Shown: piece by piece, positions 62,208 to 64,000 of the stretch
Layout: the number at the start of each line of letters is the position of its first letter
Position numbering within the stretch: position 1 is the first letter of the stretch
Virus record (IMG/VR): IMGVR_UViG_3300021057_000274
Coordinates: 62,001-126,000 of that record
Length of the DNA stretch: 64,000 nucleotides
Strand: one strand, 5' to 3'
Translations under genes and position numbers: made by a program
Notes under the pieces: generated by a model
What the model saw: the letters and a program-made list of their open reading frames with translations, nothing else
What the model was told of the DNA's origin: nothing
Database searches by the model: none

Positions 62208-62518
62208 GCGACGTCCTGATCCTCGCCGGGATGTGCTTTCTCGCGATGGTAGCCTACGGCTACTACCGCAAGGTCAAGTATGGTCCGGTGATCTTAAAGG
62301 TTAGAGTGCTCGACTACGTCGACGCCCTCGAGATCCCCTCTCGAGAGGCTCGCAAGCCTGGAAAGCCCCACTACGCCTCTAAGTCCGAGATAAAGCGTTG
62401 GTGCGACTCGAGCGTCGTCATGATCAACGGGCGGCCTCGCGGGTGGCGAGAGCAGGTGAAATTTCCTGTCAACAGCCTGGTCTTCTTCCCGAAGGGGAAG
62501 CGGATCACGATCTTCTAA
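62204..62518 (+). CDS. hypothetical, N-terminal TM, S4-like motif
   Basis: SKSEIKRW....V.ING. Confidence 0.55.
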   Translation: MSDVLILAGMCFLAMVAYGYYRKVKYGPVILKVRVLDYVDALEIPSREARKPGKPHYASKSEIKRWCDSSVVMINGRPRGWREQVKFPVNSLVFFPKGKRITIF

Positions 62519-62715
62519 TGCGCCCCGAGCCCAAGTTTGGCTTCGATTGGCTTGTCGAGGACACGACAGGCAAGCGCTACGTTGTGGTTGATCGCAACTG
62601 GAGCGAGCAAGACGAGACCTGGTGGTACAGGCTCGTCCCGCAATGGTCTCTGCCGCCGGGGAGGTTTCACCGGCTGTACGGGCTCCCCGAAGATTCACTA
62701 AAGGAGGTAACATGA
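62518..62715 (+). CDS. small hypothetical protein
   Basis: TAATG coupling. Confidence 0.55.
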   Translation: MRPEPKFGFDWLVEDTTGKRYVVVDRNWSEQDETWWYRLVPQWSLPPGRFHRLYGLPEDSLKEVT

Positions 62716-63263
62716 TCGAGCAACGAAACGGCGACGTCCTCAACGTCCCCGAGGGCATCATCGTTCACGGATGCAATTGCCTCGGGGTGATGGGCGCCGG
62801 CGTCGCTCTCCAGGTAAAGAGCCGCTTTCCTGAGGCCTTCAAAGCTTACCGCAAGCAATTCGAGTCCTCCTACGTGTTCGGCGTCGACCCGTTCATGAAG
62901 AAGTACCACGAGTACAACGGTCTCAACCTCGGCGACATCATCGCGGTTCAAGTAGGCGAGAAAAAGTGGATCATCAACGCGATGACGCAGGAGAAGTTCG
63001 GCACGGACAAGCGGCACGTCAACTACGAAGCCGTAGCTACCTGCTTCGAGAAGGTCAGTGAGTTCGCGCGATCGGTGCTCGCTGAATTTTATGGACGCGG
63101 AGATGGAACGCTCGACCTCCAGAGAGCGATCGATCACCCTCTCCAGATCTGCTTTCCAGCGATCGGAGCAGGTCTCGCTGGAGGAAACTGGAAGATCATC
63201 GCAAACATCATCGACAACACCGTTCCAGACACCTTCAAGAAGGTCCTCTATGTCTACACGTGA
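62712..63263 (+). CDS. macro domain (ADP-ribose binding/hydrolase) protein
   Basis: GD....IIVHGCNC.G.MGAGVA; FPAIGAGLAGG.W. Confidence 0.92.
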   Translation: MIEQRNGDVLNVPEGIIVHGCNCLGVMGAGVALQVKSRFPEAFKAYRKQFESSYVFGVDPFMKKYHEYNGLNLGDIIAVQVGEKKWIINAMTQEKFGTDKRHVNYEAVATCFEKVSEFARSVLAEFYGRGDGTLDLQRAIDHPLQICFPAIGAGLAGGNWKIIANIIDNTVPDTFKKVLYVYT

Positions 63264-63462
63264 ACGTTGCGCTGGTTGTCCGTACTTCGTCGTGCACTAC
63301 CCGGAGTACCGCGGGCACGGTGATCGCCCAGCAAAGCTGAAGCAGCCGCCTCGATAGAAGGCGGCTATTTAGGCGGGCGACTCTGGAAAACACCGCCTCT
63401 TGAGCGTGATAAATACCTGCAACGTCGGTGAGACGTTGCCAATCACCTCAGAGGAATACCAG

Positions 63463-63678
63463 ATGACGCCAGAAGAAGTCAGAGCCAAGCTTCGCGACAC
63501 GATCAACGCGCTCATTAAAGATGAGCCGGAGCAAGCCACCAAGTCCCTCCACGACGTGCTCGCCGCAAAGATGCGCGATCGCGTTAACCCACCCGAGCCG
63601 GTTGATCCCGCGGCTACCCCCGAGCCGGTTGATACAGACACGACTCCAGAGCCCAAGCCAGAGGCTGAGGTCGAGTAA
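63463..63678 (+). CDS. small late protein
   Basis: TAAATA 63410; GAGG RBS. Confidence 0.65.
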   Translation: MTPEEVRAKLRDTINALIKDEPEQATKSLHDVLAAKMRDRVNPPEPVDPAATPEPVDTDTTPEPKPEAEVE

Positions 63679-64000
63679 TGCTGGTAGTGCCCGTTCCCGG
63701 AGACAAGGTGAGGACGGTTGACGACAGCTCACCGCGCGTCGTCAGCTCCTTCACCAGTCTCAAGGATCAGCCTGCGGTTTACCTTGACCAGGAGACCTCC
63801 AAGGAGCGGTTCATCTACTTCTCTGACATCGTCGAGATCAACGGGGTCACCGTCGAGTACCAGTCTGACAGCAAGGTGTTCAGCGCGCTCGGGCCCCTCA
63901 AGCGCAAGTACAACATCCCGCAGCCGAAGGATGTCATCGTTGTACGGCTGCTCGAGAAGCCACACAACGACGAGAAGGAAGAAGTTGAGGTCACCAAGAT
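63678..64000 (+). CDS. hypothetical protein (runs off window end)
   Basis: TAATG coupling; open to 64000. Confidence 0.65.
   Translation, partial: MLVVPVPGDKVRTVDDSSPRVVSSFTSLKDQPAVYLDQETSKERFIYFSDIVEINGVTVEYQSDSKVFSALGPLKRKYNIPQPKDVIVVRLLEKPHNDEKEEVEVTK

Noticed and set aside
1-64000. Genome-wide TAG reassignment (code 15)
   Set aside because: Known-family genes are intact in code 11 and several (exonuclease, DUF72, NUDIX) end properly at TAG.
1-64000. Full two-domain tmRNA, rRNA, integrase or transposase
   Set aside because: None recognised.

Overview
Fragment of a GC-rich jumbo phage, read by eye and with no database searches run. T4-type late promoters (TAAATA) precede structural and putative virion-packaged genes, and sigma70-like TTTAC-N17-TATAAT promoters precede early genes. 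The cca, plsC and infC sequences suggest a proteobacterial host (inference). The window holds about 100 CDS, most of them small hypotheticals, and about 45 tRNA genes mixed with many odd tRNA-like and structured RNAs. It also encodes a minimal RNase P RNA, a CCA-adding enzyme, IF-3 with an AUA start, a UvrD helicase, NAD/ADP-ribose enzymes, polyamine enzymes, and a minus-strand tail/fibre module at 42-55 kb. Top observations: (1) tRNA-Lys(UUU) is split at 34/35 by a 628-nt insert almost filled by an EDxHD homing-endonuclease ORF, leaving no room for a ribozyme. (2) Two neighbouring genes, a Pth2-like hydrolase and an HD protein, appear to need readthrough of an identical TAG-GTT-TCC context, and the window encodes a CUA amber-suppressor tRNA. 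(3) Tandem Y-RNA-like ncRNAs flanking a tRNA minihelix lie directly upstream of a large TerD-domain protein. (4) A leader-peptide attenuator sits in front of the main tRNA array. (5) There is an unassigned ~370-nt structured RNA. (6) Nine tRNAs carry C33 instead of U33. Together these point to a phage-encoded translation and tRNA-control system.
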